This document shows, piece after piece, positions 47,213-56,122 of a stretch of DNA of 64,000 bases. The notes beneath the pieces were generated by a model. The model had not been told where the DNA came from and did no database searches. It saw nothing but the letters and a program-made list of their open reading frames with translations. The position numbers and the translations under genes are program-made. Position 1 is the first letter of the stretch. Every line of letters begins with the position of its first letter. The stretch is taken from NCBI GenBank assembly GCA_963663275.1, contig OY760183.1:1536001-1600000 (forward strand). The letters are read 5' to 3'. The stretch comes from Chloroflexota bacterium (GTDB lineage Bacteria > Chloroflexota > UBA11872 > VXOZ01).

Positions 47213-48514
47213 GTGGTGCTTGTGGGCGGCTTTGCCGTGCTCATCGCGGTGGGGACGCTGCTCCTCATGCTGCCGCCGGCCGCGGCGTCCGGCAGGTCCA
47301 CGTCCTTCATCGATGCTCTCTTCACCGCCACGTCGGCGGTATGCGTAACCGGGTTGGTGGTGGTCGATACCGGCGAGCACTGGAGCGCGTTCGGCCACGC
47401 GGTCATTCTGGCGCTCTTCCAGCTTGGCGGCTTCGGTTTCATGACCGGCTCGATTCTGATTTTGATGATTCTCGGGCAATCGATCCGGCTGCGCCAGCGT
47501 GTCCTGATGCGCGAAGCCCTCAACCTCTCCAACATCGGCGGCATTGTGTCCATCGTGCGCAATATCGCCATCTGGACGTTGGTGGTGGAGGCCGCCGGCG
47601 TGCTTGCGCTGGCGCTCTTCTTCGCGCGGGAGAACGAGCCGGGGCACGCCCTCTGGATGGGGTTGTTTCACGGGGTATCGGCTTTCAATAACGCCGGATT
47701 CGACCTGATGGGCGGCTTTTCCAGCTTGACCCAATATCGCAGCGAAGGGTTCCTGCTTACGGTTATCGCCCTGTTGGTGGTATTCGGCAGCACCGGGTAC
47801 GTGGTGTTTGAGGATATGGCGCGCTCGCGGCGCTGGCTGCGCCTGAGCCTGGAGACCAAGCTCATCGTGCTCGTAACCGGCGCGTTGTGGCTGATTGGCG
47901 GCCTGGCGTTCTTCTGGCGCGAACGGTCCAATCCGCTTACGCTGGCCGGCGAAGTGTGGCACGTGCAACTCCTGGACACGTTCTTCCACAGCGTGGCCGC
48001 CCGCACCGCGGGGTTCGTCGCGCTGCCGGTGGGCAGCATGACCGAGGATACGACGTTCTTCACCATGGTGCTCATGCTCATTGGCGGCGCGCCGGGCTCC
48101 ACGGCGGGGGGCATCAAAGTGACGACTTTTGCTATTCTCATCGTGACGGTCATGGCGGTGATGCGCGGCAGAACGCGCATCACGATACTGCGCCGCACGC
48201 TGCCCCAGGAAGTGGTGCTGCGCTCGCTTGCCATCACTTTGCTGGCCGCCTTGCTGCTCATCGCCGTCAGTTGGGTGCTGGCGGAGTTCGAGACCGGCGG
48301 CTTCATGCCGGTGCTCTTCGAGGCCGCGTCGGCGCTGGGCACGGTAGGCATGTCGTACGGCATAACGCCCCAGCTGCACGACGTTAGCCGTCTCGTGCTG
48401 GTGGCGGCCATGTTCGTGGGGCGACTCGGCCCGCTTACGCTGGTGCTGCTGTTAGCGCAGAAGACCCAGCGCGAGCATCTGCAATTTCCTCGTGAATCGG
48501 TACGTGTGGGATAG
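47213..48514 (+). CDS. ktrB: Ktr/Trk potassium uptake membrane subunit
   Basis: FTATSAVCVTGL, SAFNNAGF, RTAGF, GSTAGGIK, SALGTVG and MFVGRLGPLT motifs. The true start is probably further upstream (see findings). Confidence 0.92.
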   Translation: MVLVGGFAVLIAVGTLLLMLPPAAASGRSTSFIDALFTATSAVCVTGLVVVDTGEHWSAFGHAVILALFQLGGFGFMTGSILILMILGQSIRLRQRVLMREALNLSNIGGIVSIVRNIAIWTLVVEAAGVLALALFFARENEPGHALWMGLFHGVSAFNNAGFDLMGGFSSLTQYRSEGFLLTVIALLVVFGSTGYVVFEDMARSRRWLRLSLETKLIVLVTGALWLIGGLAFFWRERSNPLTLAGEVWHVQLLDTFFHSVAARTAGFVALPVGSMTEDTTFFTMVLMLIGGAPGSTAGGIKVTTFAILIVTVMAVMRGRTRITILRRTLPQEVVLRSLAITLLAALLLIAVSWVLAEFETGGFMPVLFEAASALGTVGMSYGITPQLHDVSRLVLVAAMFVGRLGPLTLVLLLAQKTQREHLQFPRESVRVG

Positions 48515-48524
48515 GAGTGACGCC

Positions 48525-49175
48525 ATGCCGAATCAACAGATCGCGGTGATCGGGCTGGGCCGCTTTGGCACCAGCGCGGCTATTCAGCTTGCCAGCCTGG
48601 GCTACGACGTGCTGGGGGTGGACAAGAGCGCGGACAAGGTGGAAAGCATGTCGGACGAGCTTACCCACGTGGTGCGGGCGGATACGGCAAATGAAGGCGC
48701 GCTGGAAGAACTGGGCATTCGCAACTTCGACGTGGTGGTGGTGGGCATTAGCTCGGACGTGCAGGGCAGCATCATAACGACGTTGATCCTCAAGCATCTG
48801 GACGTGCCCTACGTAATCGCCAAGGCGCGCGACGAACTCCACGGCGAAATCCTGGATAGGATCGGCGCCGACAAGGTGATCTATCCGGAGCATGAAGCCG
48901 GCGTGCGCATTGCGCATACGTTCATCTCCCACGCCATCATCGACTATGTCGAAGTGGTGCCCGGCTACGGCGTGAGCAAGCTCAAAGTGCCCGATCGGTT
49001 CGTGGGCCGCTCGCTGCAGGTGCTCGGCTTCGGCGAGGACAGCGGACTGCGCATTTTGATGATCGGACGCAACGACAGTGTGGTGCACGACCCCAAACTG
49101 AGCGAACGCATCCAGGACGGCGACGTCTTGATGATGGTGGGCGAAGACCGGTACTTGAGCGAGATGGAACTCTAG
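48525..49175 (+). CDS. ktrA: Ktr/Trk RCK regulatory subunit
   Basis: VIGLGRFG, VIAKA, IGADKVIYPE and a TrkA-C tail. SD AGGAG. Confidence 0.92.
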   Translation: MPNQQIAVIGLGRFGTSAAIQLASLGYDVLGVDKSADKVESMSDELTHVVRADTANEGALEELGIRNFDVVVVGISSDVQGSIITTLILKHLDVPYVIAKARDELHGEILDRIGADKVIYPEHEAGVRIAHTFISHAIIDYVEVVPGYGVSKLKVPDRFVGRSLQVLGFGEDSGLRILMIGRNDSVVHDPKLSERIQDGDVLMMVGEDRYLSEMEL

Positions 49176-49242
49176 CGGTCAGTCTTGCGCGGTCGCTTCA
49201 CGCGGGGAGCGCGAGACTGCCAGGCAAATGGCGCGTGAAGGC

Positions 49243-49271
49243 TTGACGAAGTTCGCGCTATGTGGTTAAAT
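49243..49271 (+). promoter_or_regulatory. Candidate sigma70 promoter
   Basis: TTGACG-N17-TTAAAT preceded by TG. Confidence 0.5.
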
Positions 49272-49324
49272 GGAATAGGAGAGGGCGTGAGTCCTCGAAA
49301 CGGCACCAAGGAGGGAGGTGAGCG

Positions 49325-49393
49325 ATGAGAGGCATACGCTTGCCGTTGGATAACCCGAGAGTGCTGTACGGTGTTTGGCAAGTGGACAGGTAA
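49325..49393 (+). CDS. Putative 22-aa small peptide MRGIRLPLDNPRVLYGVWQVDR
   Basis: Very strong SD (AAGGAGGGAGGTGA) immediately before the ATG. Lies inside a unit bounded by a promoter and a terminator. Confidence 0.5.
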   Translation: MRGIRLPLDNPRVLYGVWQVDR

Positions 49394-49580
49394 CCCTCCA
49401 TCCGCGCACGATTGAGACAGGTTCGATGCGGGTGGAGGGCCAGACCGCAGGGTGGCGGGTTTTGCCGCTCGATGCGTAGCAACGGCCGGACGTCTGAAGA
49501 GCCCGGCCGCGCTAAAGCTGACGCCCCAGTCCAGGGCAGTTGAATACGGCGAAACTACGGCCCGACCCATCATTGGGAAT
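49394..49580 (+). ncRNA. Putative structured RNA with a hammerhead-like CTGAAGA...GAAA core
   Basis: 12-bp stem 49394-49405/49428-49439; hairpin 49450-49470; CGTAG(49475-79) pairs with CTACG(49555-59); CTGAAGA at 49494-49500; GCC/GGC then GAAA at 49551-49554. Confidence 0.4.
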
Positions 49581-49582
49581 GA

Positions 49583-49617
49583 AGCGCGCCTCGGATACGT
49601 TCCGAGGCGCGCTCTTT
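49583..49617 (+). terminator. Intrinsic terminator
   Basis: AGCGCGCCTCGGA-tacgt-TCCGAGGCGCGCT, a 13-bp stem followed by CTTT. Confidence 0.75.
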
Positions 49618-49717
49618 GGTTGGCGAGAGGGGGCTTGGTTCTGCCCGCGTGCGGCACGCTGTGCGCGGCGCGCCGGGCGGCGGCAGAGTGTCAACCCACG
49701 GAGATCCGGAGAGAGTC

Positions 49718-50050
49718 ATGAGGGATATGCGCGCGCGCACACCGGCGGTGATCTCACGCGGCGAGGCTGAGCGCACGCTGGTGATCGAATGGCGCGACGG
49801 CCACGTTACGCGCTACGACTGGGAAGCTTTGCGCCGCCTGTGCCCGTGCGCGCTCTGCGCGGGCGAAATGGGCGCGCCGGGCACAATGAAACCCGGCACG
49901 ATTCTGATGGCTAGCCAGACGTTTCTCGAATCGATCGAACAGGTGGGCAACTACGCGGTGCGCATGCAGTGGGAAGACGGCCACAACACGGGAATCTACA
50001 CGTTCGACGGCCTGCGCGAGCAATGTCCGTGCTGTGCGGAAGCCGGATAA
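49718..50050 (+). CDS. DUF971 / gamma-butyrobetaine hydroxylase N-terminal-like protein
   Basis: IEWRDGH, LRRLCPCALC, VGNYAV and WEDGHNTGIYTF..LR motifs. Confidence 0.9.
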   Translation: MRDMRARTPAVISRGEAERTLVIEWRDGHVTRYDWEALRRLCPCALCAGEMGAPGTMKPGTILMASQTFLESIEQVGNYAVRMQWEDGHNTGIYTFDGLREQCPCCAEAG

Positions 50051-50062
50051 AGGCGGCGGGCG

Positions 50063-50764
50063 TCACTGCTTGAGATAGAGGGCCGCGCTGGGGCAGAGGT
50101 CTTGCACGGGGCACGCGCCGCAGTCCGGCTTGCGGGCGGCGCAGACGGCGCGGCCGTGGTGAATGAGCAGGTGGCCGACGTCGATCCAGTCGGCCTCGGG
50201 CACAACGTCCATGAGGTCGCGCTCGATTTTGGCGGGGTCTTTGTGACGGGTTAGCTTGAGGCGCTGCGAGAGGCGCGAGACGTGAGTATCGACCACCACC
50301 CCGTCCGCAACCTGAAACGCCACGCCCAGCACGACGTTGGCGGTCTTGCGCGCCACGCCCGGCAATTCCAGCAACTCAGCCATCGTCTGGGGCACGTCGC
50401 CGCCGAATTTCTCCAGAATGACGCGCGCCGCGCCCTGGATGTTCTTGGCTTTGTTGCGGAAGAAGCCGGTGGTCTTTACGGCCGCTTCCAGGTCCTCCCT
50501 GGAGGCGGACGCAAAGGCTTCCACAGTTGGAAACTGCGCGAACAAGGCCGGCGTGACGATGTTCACGCGCTTGTCCGTGCATTGGGCGGAGAGAATCGTC
50601 GCTACCAGCAGTTCCCAGGCGTTGCGGTAGTGCAGGGCGCACTCGGCATGGGGATAGGTAGCGCGGAGACCGGCGATGACCTGGCCCACGCGCGCGCGCA
50701 GGGCGCGTTTCGACTCTCTTCCCCGCCTCGCCTGCGGCGGCTTTGCGTTCTTCCGGGTAGGCAT
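50063..50764 (-). CDS. nth: Endonuclease III
   Basis: LVATILSAQCTD, HhH LPGVARKTANVV, VDTHV and the C-x6-C-x2-C-x5-C Fe-S motif. Confidence 0.96.
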   Translation of the reverse strand: MPTRKNAKPPQARRGRESKRALRARVGQVIAGLRATYPHAECALHYRNAWELLVATILSAQCTDKRVNIVTPALFAQFPTVEAFASASREDLEAAVKTTGFFRNKAKNIQGAARVILEKFGGDVPQTMAELLELPGVARKTANVVLGVAFQVADGVVVDTHVSRLSQRLKLTRHKDPAKIERDLMDVVPEADWIDVGHLLIHHGRAVCAARKPDCGACPVQDLCPSAALYLKQ

Positions 50765-50780
50765 GGCGGCGGAACGCGGG

Positions 50781-51089
50781 CTACGAGGATTGGTCGGCGC
50801 CGACCAGGTCGCCGCGGCCGCGCAGGCTTTCCAGATTCTGCGTATGCACGTGATTGCCGGGCACGATGTCCTGCGTCGCGGCGCCGATAGATTCGCCGTA
50901 CTTGATCACGTGCTCGCCGTTGGCGATGGGCTTCACCGCAACCTTGTGGCCGAAGGGAATGTCGTCGCGGATGGTGATCTCCTGCTCACCGTCCGGCCCG
51001 GTGAAAGAGACCGTAGTCCCCGGAGTGAGGTCCGCCAGCGCAATGGCGGTGTTGTCCTTGTCGTCGATGATGTGGAGCACTTGCTTCAT
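50781..51089 (-). CDS. UxaA-family SAF-domain protein (altronate/sulfolactate dehydratase small subunit-like)
   Basis: DNTAIAL, IPFGHKVA, VIKYGESIG, HVHTQN and RGRGD motifs. Confidence 0.88.
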   Translation of the reverse strand: MKQVLHIIDDKDNTAIALADLTPGTTVSFTGPDGEQEITIRDDIPFGHKVAVKPIANGEHVIKYGESIGAATQDIVPGNHVHTQNLESLRGRGDLVGADQSS

Positions 51090-51347
51090 GCGGCGCAATC
51101 CTCGCGGCAGGTGTGTGCTTTGAATGACGAACAGCCGTACAAAGTGAATAATTGGGCACGGCTGGTACCAGCATAGCGCAATCTAACCGTATTTGCCAGA
51201 GGATCTCTTGACGTTTCGGAGGAGGCAGAGAACGAAGTCCCGGATAGAGAGCATAGGTGAGTGTGTGGAATAAATCCAGCACAACCGGCCAACACACCAA
51301 GAATCGCAGTCGCAGGACTAACGAACCAACGTGAGGGGCGGGATACG

Positions 51348-51776
51348 TCACGATACTGCTGGGAAAGCGTCCTCCAGGCCAACTAGTGCTCTGATTTCCA
51401 CTGCAATCTCGAAGTCGTCCACGGTATATCCGAATATGCCGGCGTGGGACTCGTCGTCAACGAGGGGCATGTGCTCAACGCTAAGTGAACGCTCAGGAAT
51501 GGCTAGTGTGGCGCTCTTGATGTCCTGAACGTTGAGCGCAGCGAACCGACCGTTCGGTCGAACTCGATACCCTTTGGCATCGAAAGCCGTTCGAACTAGC
51601 TGAATAGCGACGTTCAAATCGGATGTGTCAAAGAACTCCAGCCAGTTGACGGAGAGGTAGTCCTCGCCCTGCCGGGGTCTGAAGGCGCTCACTGCTGGCA
51701 ATCCGTCCGTGCCAACGGACGAAGGCTTGCAGTATCTCGCTACGTGGTCTTCATCAGGAAGCGGGTTGCCAGGCAT
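51348..51776 (-). CDS. Hypothetical protein, ADP-ribosyltransferase-like R...S...H pattern
   Basis: HVARYC, SAF, YLSVNW and SHAGI motifs; lower GC than flanking genes; overlaps the upstream gene by 23 nt. Confidence 0.65.
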   Translation of the reverse strand: MPGNPLPDEDHVARYCKPSSVGTDGLPAVSAFRPRQGEDYLSVNWLEFFDTSDLNVAIQLVRTAFDAKGYRVRPNGRFAALNVQDIKSATLAIPERSLSVEHMPLVDDESHAGIFGYTVDDFEIAVEIRALVGLEDAFPAVS

Positions 51777-52212
51777 TGCTCGTGATCTGCGCTGTGAAGA
51801 CTTCAACGGCCTTTAGCGTAGCGGCCAACTGCAATGTGCCGCTCACTCTCATCCTTGGAGAGTTGCTCCTGGCGGAAGCGGAGACGGCTGCAAAGCGGAT
51901 CAACTCATCGGGCAGAAACTCCATTGCCAGAACACCGGTTTCGCCAACCCGCCACTCGATTTGCGCCAGTCCGTCCGGACTGATGGCAATCTGAGGTTCA
52001 GGCAGTTGTCGTTCGCTCATGAGGAAATAGGCCAACTCTCGCATGGAGTGGAGCGCCATTGGCTGTTCATCCGGATCCTCTGCGGCAAGGCTCTGGAGGT
52101 AGCTGAGGCGATCCGCGACCTTGCCCAAGCCGTAGAACCTGAGCAAGGCAATGATGTCCGCTTGCTCCGCGGCCAGGGATAGTTCCTCTTTCCAAGAGAG
52201 TTTCTCAATCAA
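51754..52212 (-). CDS. Hypothetical protein, partner of the downstream gene
   Basis: SD AGGAGG and TTG start; acidic protein with P.I....DG....EW......L...F motif; lower GC. Confidence 0.65.
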   Translation of the reverse strand: MIEKLSWKEELSLAAEQADIIALLRFYGLGKVADRLSYLQSLAAEDPDEQPMALHSMRELAYFLMSERQLPEPQIAISPDGLAQIEWRVGETGVLAMEFLPDELIRFAAVSASARSNSPRMRVSGTLQLAATLKAVEVFTAQITSNAWQPAS

Positions 52213-52270
52213 AGCCTTAAACGCCTCCTAGAAGGACTAGTGATACTGCCCTATGGTTTTCTTGATTCGC

Positions 52271-52279
52271 ATTATATCA
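52271..52279 (-). promoter_or_regulatory. Extended -10 promoter for the two-gene pair
   Basis: Minus-strand TGATATAAT (perfect TGn-TATAAT) about 60 nt upstream of the TTG start. Confidence 0.6.
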
Positions 52280-52438
52280 TCGAAAAGAAGACGAGCGTCA
52301 CGGGCATCTTGTTGGGGAGGCGATTCTCTTGACTGGGTACTACGGCACTCTTTGCCAACTGCCGTGCCGCTGTCGTAGGCTAGAGGGTACGGTTACGGCA
52401 CGACTATACTGCCAGAAGCAACGAGAAGAGCAAAGAAG

Positions 52439-53537
52439 ATGATCAAAGAACGCATTGCGGCCTTGAGCGCGCGCGCGGCGGAACTTCGGAGGCGCCTTTG
52501 ACCTGGCGGCGTGGGAAGCGGAGATTGGCGCACTGGAGGCGAAGTCGCTAGATCCCGGGCTTTGGGACGCGCCGGCCCGGGCGCAACAGGTGATGCAAAA
52601 GCTGGCCGGACTGCGCCGCCTGGTCGATGATTGGCGCGGGTTCTTCGATGACGTTGAGACCCTGGAAGAGCTTGCGGCCCTGGACGATCCGGCGCTGGAG
52701 ACGGAACTCGAGGCCGAGGTGAGCCGTCTGGAGGCGGAAGGCGAGAAGCGCGAAATCCAGACGCTCTTCCAGGGTTCGTATGACGAGCGGGACGCGCTGC
52801 TTTCCCTGCACGCCGGTGCGGGCGGCACCGATTCGCAGGACTGGGTGGAGATGCTCCTGCGCATGTATATCCGCTGGGCGGAGACGCACGCGCACAAGCC
52901 GGAAGTCCTGGATAGCACGCCCGGCGAAGAGGCCGGCATCAAGAGCGTCACCCTGCAAGTCAGCGGCCCGTATGCCTACGGCCGGCTCCGCTCTGAGCAC
53001 GGCGTGCACCGGCTGGTGCGGCTCTCGCCGTTCGACGCCAACAGCCGCCGCCACACCTCGTTCGCGCTGGTGGAGGCGCTGCCGGTGATCGATGACGACG
53101 TTACGGTTGAAATCAAGCCCGACGACGTGCGGCTGGATACATTTCGCGCCAGCGGGGCCGGCGGGCAGCACGTGAACAAGACGAGTTCCGCCGTGCGCAT
53201 TACCCACATTCCCACGGGTATCGTCATCTCCTGCCAGAATGAGCGTTCGCAACTGCAAAACCGCGAGGCGGCCATGCGCATCTTGCGGGCGCGCCTCCTG
53301 GAGCGCAGACTGCAAGCGCAGCGGGAGGAACAGGCGGCGCTGAAGGGCGAGCACACCAGCGCCGAGTGGGGCAACCAGATTCGCTCCTACGTGCTCCATC
53401 CGTACACGATGGTGAAAGACCTCCGCACCGGCGCGGAAACCGGCAATACCCGAGCGGTATTGGACGGCGCGATCGATGCGTTCATGGAGGCGTACCTGCG
53501 GCAAGAAGCCGAGAACCGGCCAAGACAGAGCGGGTAA
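52439..53537 (+). CDS. prfB: Peptide chain release factor 2 with programmed +1 frameshift
   Basis: ATG 52439 opens 20 codons ending CGG AGG CGC CTT TGA C (TGA at 52499-52501). The +1 frame continues DLAAWE... and contains the SPF and GGQ motifs. Confidence 0.96.
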
Positions 53538-53571
53538 GCGTTCCGATCATGGCTTTTGAGGTGTTTGAGCG

Positions 53572-54237
53572 ATGATTCCGGTGGTGTGCGTCGTCGGCAA
53601 GCACAACGCGGGCAAGACGACGCTGCTGGAGCGGCTGATTCCTTGTCTGCGGGAGCGCGGGCGGCGGGTGGCGGTGATCAAGCACGCGGCGCACGGCTTC
53701 GCGCTGGACCGCGAGGGCAGCGATTCGTGGCGTCTGGCCCAAACGGAGGCCGGCGCGGTGGTGGTCGGCGGGCCGGGGAGCGCCGCTGCTTTCATTCCTC
53801 TGCGGGATGATGCCTCGTTGCCGCACCTCCTGGGACTGCTGCCGCCGCTGGGGTTCGATCTCGCGCTGGTGGAGGGCTTCAAGCGGTCGGACTACCCCAA
53901 GATCGAGGTGCACCGCAGCGCGCTGGGGCCGGACTTAATTGTGCCGGTGGAGCACCTAGAGGCGGTCGTGAGCGACGGCGAGGGCGACTTCGGGGTTCCC
54001 GTTTTCGCTGCCGACGACGCGGCGGGACTGGCGGCTTTTCTGGATGAGCGCTACGTGCGCCCACGCCTGGAGCGCGACGCCATCCGCGTCACGGTGGACG
54101 GCGAGGAGGTACGGTTGAACGCCTTTGCCAGCGCGGTGATTGCCGGCGGGATTCAGGGCATGTTGTCCGCGCTCAAAGGCGTCGGCGAACCGGAGACTGT
54201 CCGCATTGAATTGCGCCGCGGGCGGAGAGACACGTAG
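53572..54237 (+). CDS. mobB: Molybdopterin-guanine dinucleotide biosynthesis protein B
   Basis: GKHNAGKTTL, VAVIKH, D..G.DS, LVEGFK and PKIEV motifs, plus a C-terminal extension domain. Confidence 0.9.
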   Translation: MIPVVCVVGKHNAGKTTLLERLIPCLRERGRRVAVIKHAAHGFALDREGSDSWRLAQTEAGAVVVGGPGSAAAFIPLRDDASLPHLLGLLPPLGFDLALVEGFKRSDYPKIEVHRSALGPDLIVPVEHLEAVVSDGEGDFGVPVFAADDAAGLAAFLDERYVRPRLERDAIRVTVDGEEVRLNAFASAVIAGGIQGMLSALKGVGEPETVRIELRRGRRDT

Positions 54238-54306
54238 CGCGGGGGCTCGTCCCCCGCCAGAGTAAGAAAGGCGTAGGGGCACGACATGTCGTGCCCCTAC
54301 GCCTTT
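54234..54306. repeat. REP pair (family C + D) between convergent mobB and leuA; likely bidirectional terminator
   Basis: GTAGCGCGGGGGCTCGTCCCCCGC supplies the mobB TAG stop. AAAGGC-GTAGGGGCACGACATGTCGTGCCCCTAC-GCCTTT follows. Confidence 0.8.
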
Positions 54307-54322
54307 TGGCCGAACCGGACGT

Positions 54323-55900
54323 TCAGGACGTGGGCGCAGCCTCGGCGGCCGCGGCGGCCAGCGGCGCGCCGTCTCCCTGCGTTTCAGCGGCGTTCTGCGC
54401 CGAGATGTGCTTATTGAGGGCGTTCATGTAGGCTTTCGCGCTGGCGACCACGATGTCGGTGTCCGCGCCGTAGCCGGTCACGGAGACCCCCTCGCTTTCC
54501 AGGCGGATGCTCACCTCGCCTTGGGCGTCGATGCCTTCCGTAACGGCCTGCACGCGAAACTCGGTGAGGTTGGCCGGCACGTTGATGATGCGGTCGATGG
54601 CCTTGCAGACCGCGTCCACCGGCCCATCGCCCAGCGCCGCATCCTCGAAGACCCGCTCCTGGTCATCCACGATGCGCACGGTGGCCGTGGGGATGCTCTT
54701 ATCGCCGCAACTCACCTGCACGTGGTCCAGATGGAAGTACTCCTTGGCGTGCAGCACGTCGCTGGAGAGCAGCGCCTCGATGTCGCGCGCCGTGACGTTG
54801 CGCCGCTTGTCGGCCAGGTCCTTGAAGCGGTCGAAGGCTTCCTGGAACTCCTGCTCGTTCAGGCGGTAGCCCATCTTGGCAAGCTGGTCGCGGAAGGCGT
54901 GGCGGCCGCTGGTCTTGCCGAGCACGATGCGGCTGCCGCCCATGCCCACGCTTTCGGGCGTCATGATTTCGTAGGTCTGCCGGTCTTTCAGCATCCCGTC
55001 CTGGTGCAGGCCGGATGAATGAGCAAAGGCATTTGCGCCGACGATAGCCTTGTTGGGCTGCACCGGCATGTGCATGAGTTCGCTCACCATGCGGCTGGTG
55101 CGGTAGATTTCTTCAGTGTTGATACGATGCTCGACCTTGAAGAAGTCCTTGCGCACGGTGGTATTCATCACCACCTCTTCCAGGGAAGCGTTCCCCGCGC
55201 GCTCGCCAACGCCGTTGAGCGTGCACTCAATCTGATCCACACCGTTCAGAATGGCGATCAGCGAGTTCGCGTTGGCCTGGCCCAGGTCGTTGTGGCAGTG
55301 CACGGAGAGCGTAATGTCGTCGATGCCCGGCGTGTGCGCGCGGAGGTACTGCAAGAGTTCCGCAAACTCGTCCGGCTGGGTGTAGCCCATGGTGTCGGGC
55401 ACGTTGATGACCTTGGCCCCCGCCGCAATCGCGTCGCCGAACAACTGACACAGATAGTCCCAATCGCTGCGGGTAGCGTCCATTGCCGAGAACTCGACGT
55501 TGGAACAGTAGCCGACGGCTTGCTCGACGCACGCCACCGCGGCCTCGCGCACTTCCTGGCGCGTCATGCGCAGTTGGCGCTCCAGGTGGATGTCGCTGGA
55601 CGAAATGAAGACGTGGATGCGGGGCGCTTCACCTTCCTTGATGGCCTCCCAGGCGGCCTCGACTTGGTCGGGCTTGAAGCCGGAGAGGGCGCAAATCTGA
55701 ACGTCGCGCAGTTTCTCCGCCAGGAGTTGCACCGCCTGGAAATCGCCGGGCGAGGTGCGGGGAAAGCCGGCCTCGAGAATATCGACGCCGAGGCGTTCCA
55801 GTTGCTGCCCCAGATACAGCTTCTCATCTACCGTCAAAGACCCGCCCGCCGCTTGCTCGCCGTCGCGCAGGGTGGTATCGAAGATTTGCAGGGTTCGCAT
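54323..55900 (-). CDS. leuA: 2-isopropylmalate synthase
   Basis: FDTTLRDGEQ, HCHNDLG, GERAGNA, NKAIVGANAFAHSSGLHQDG and GPVDA motifs, with regulatory domain. Confidence 0.96.
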   Translation of the reverse strand: MRTLQIFDTTLRDGEQAAGGSLTVDEKLYLGQQLERLGVDILEAGFPRTSPGDFQAVQLLAEKLRDVQICALSGFKPDQVEAAWEAIKEGEAPRIHVFISSSDIHLERQLRMTRQEVREAAVACVEQAVGYCSNVEFSAMDATRSDWDYLCQLFGDAIAAGAKVINVPDTMGYTQPDEFAELLQYLRAHTPGIDDITLSVHCHNDLGQANANSLIAILNGVDQIECTLNGVGERAGNASLEEVVMNTTVRKDFFKVEHRINTEEIYRTSRMVSELMHMPVQPNKAIVGANAFAHSSGLHQDGMLKDRQTYEIMTPESVGMGGSRIVLGKTSGRHAFRDQLAKMGYRLNEQEFQEAFDRFKDLADKRRNVTARDIEALLSSDVLHAKEYFHLDHVQVSCGDKSIPTATVRIVDDQERVFEDAALGDGPVDAVCKAIDRIINVPANLTEFRVQAVTEGIDAQGEVSIRLESEGVSVTGYGADTDIVVASAKAYMNALNKHISAQNAAETQGDGAPLAAAAAEAAPTS

Positions 55901-56122
55901 ATTGATTCAAGTCCTTCATGCCTTGTTGAGATCGACTACGTGCCCAAGCGCACGTCAACCACTACTGACGCAAGGCATGGCAAGCGGGCAGGCCCGCCAG
56001 CAAACCAAGGCAGTTACGCCCTGGCGCCGGAAGGGCCTGAGACCACTCTCCTGTTCGACTACACGTGGCGGCAGTGAAAAAGGCGGATACCGCAGTATCT
56101 CCATCGCTTGTAATCCTTCTAA

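Noticed and set aside
49272-49617. tmRNA, RNase P RNA, or SAM/glycine riboswitch
   Set aside because: There are no tRNA-like ends, no GAGGAAAGUCC core, and the aptamer consensus elements are not in the required order.
55901-56110. Separate Leu leader peptide or T-box upstream of leuA
   Set aside because: There is no Leu-rich short ORF and no T-box consensus, only a weak hairpin with a T-run after ilvC.
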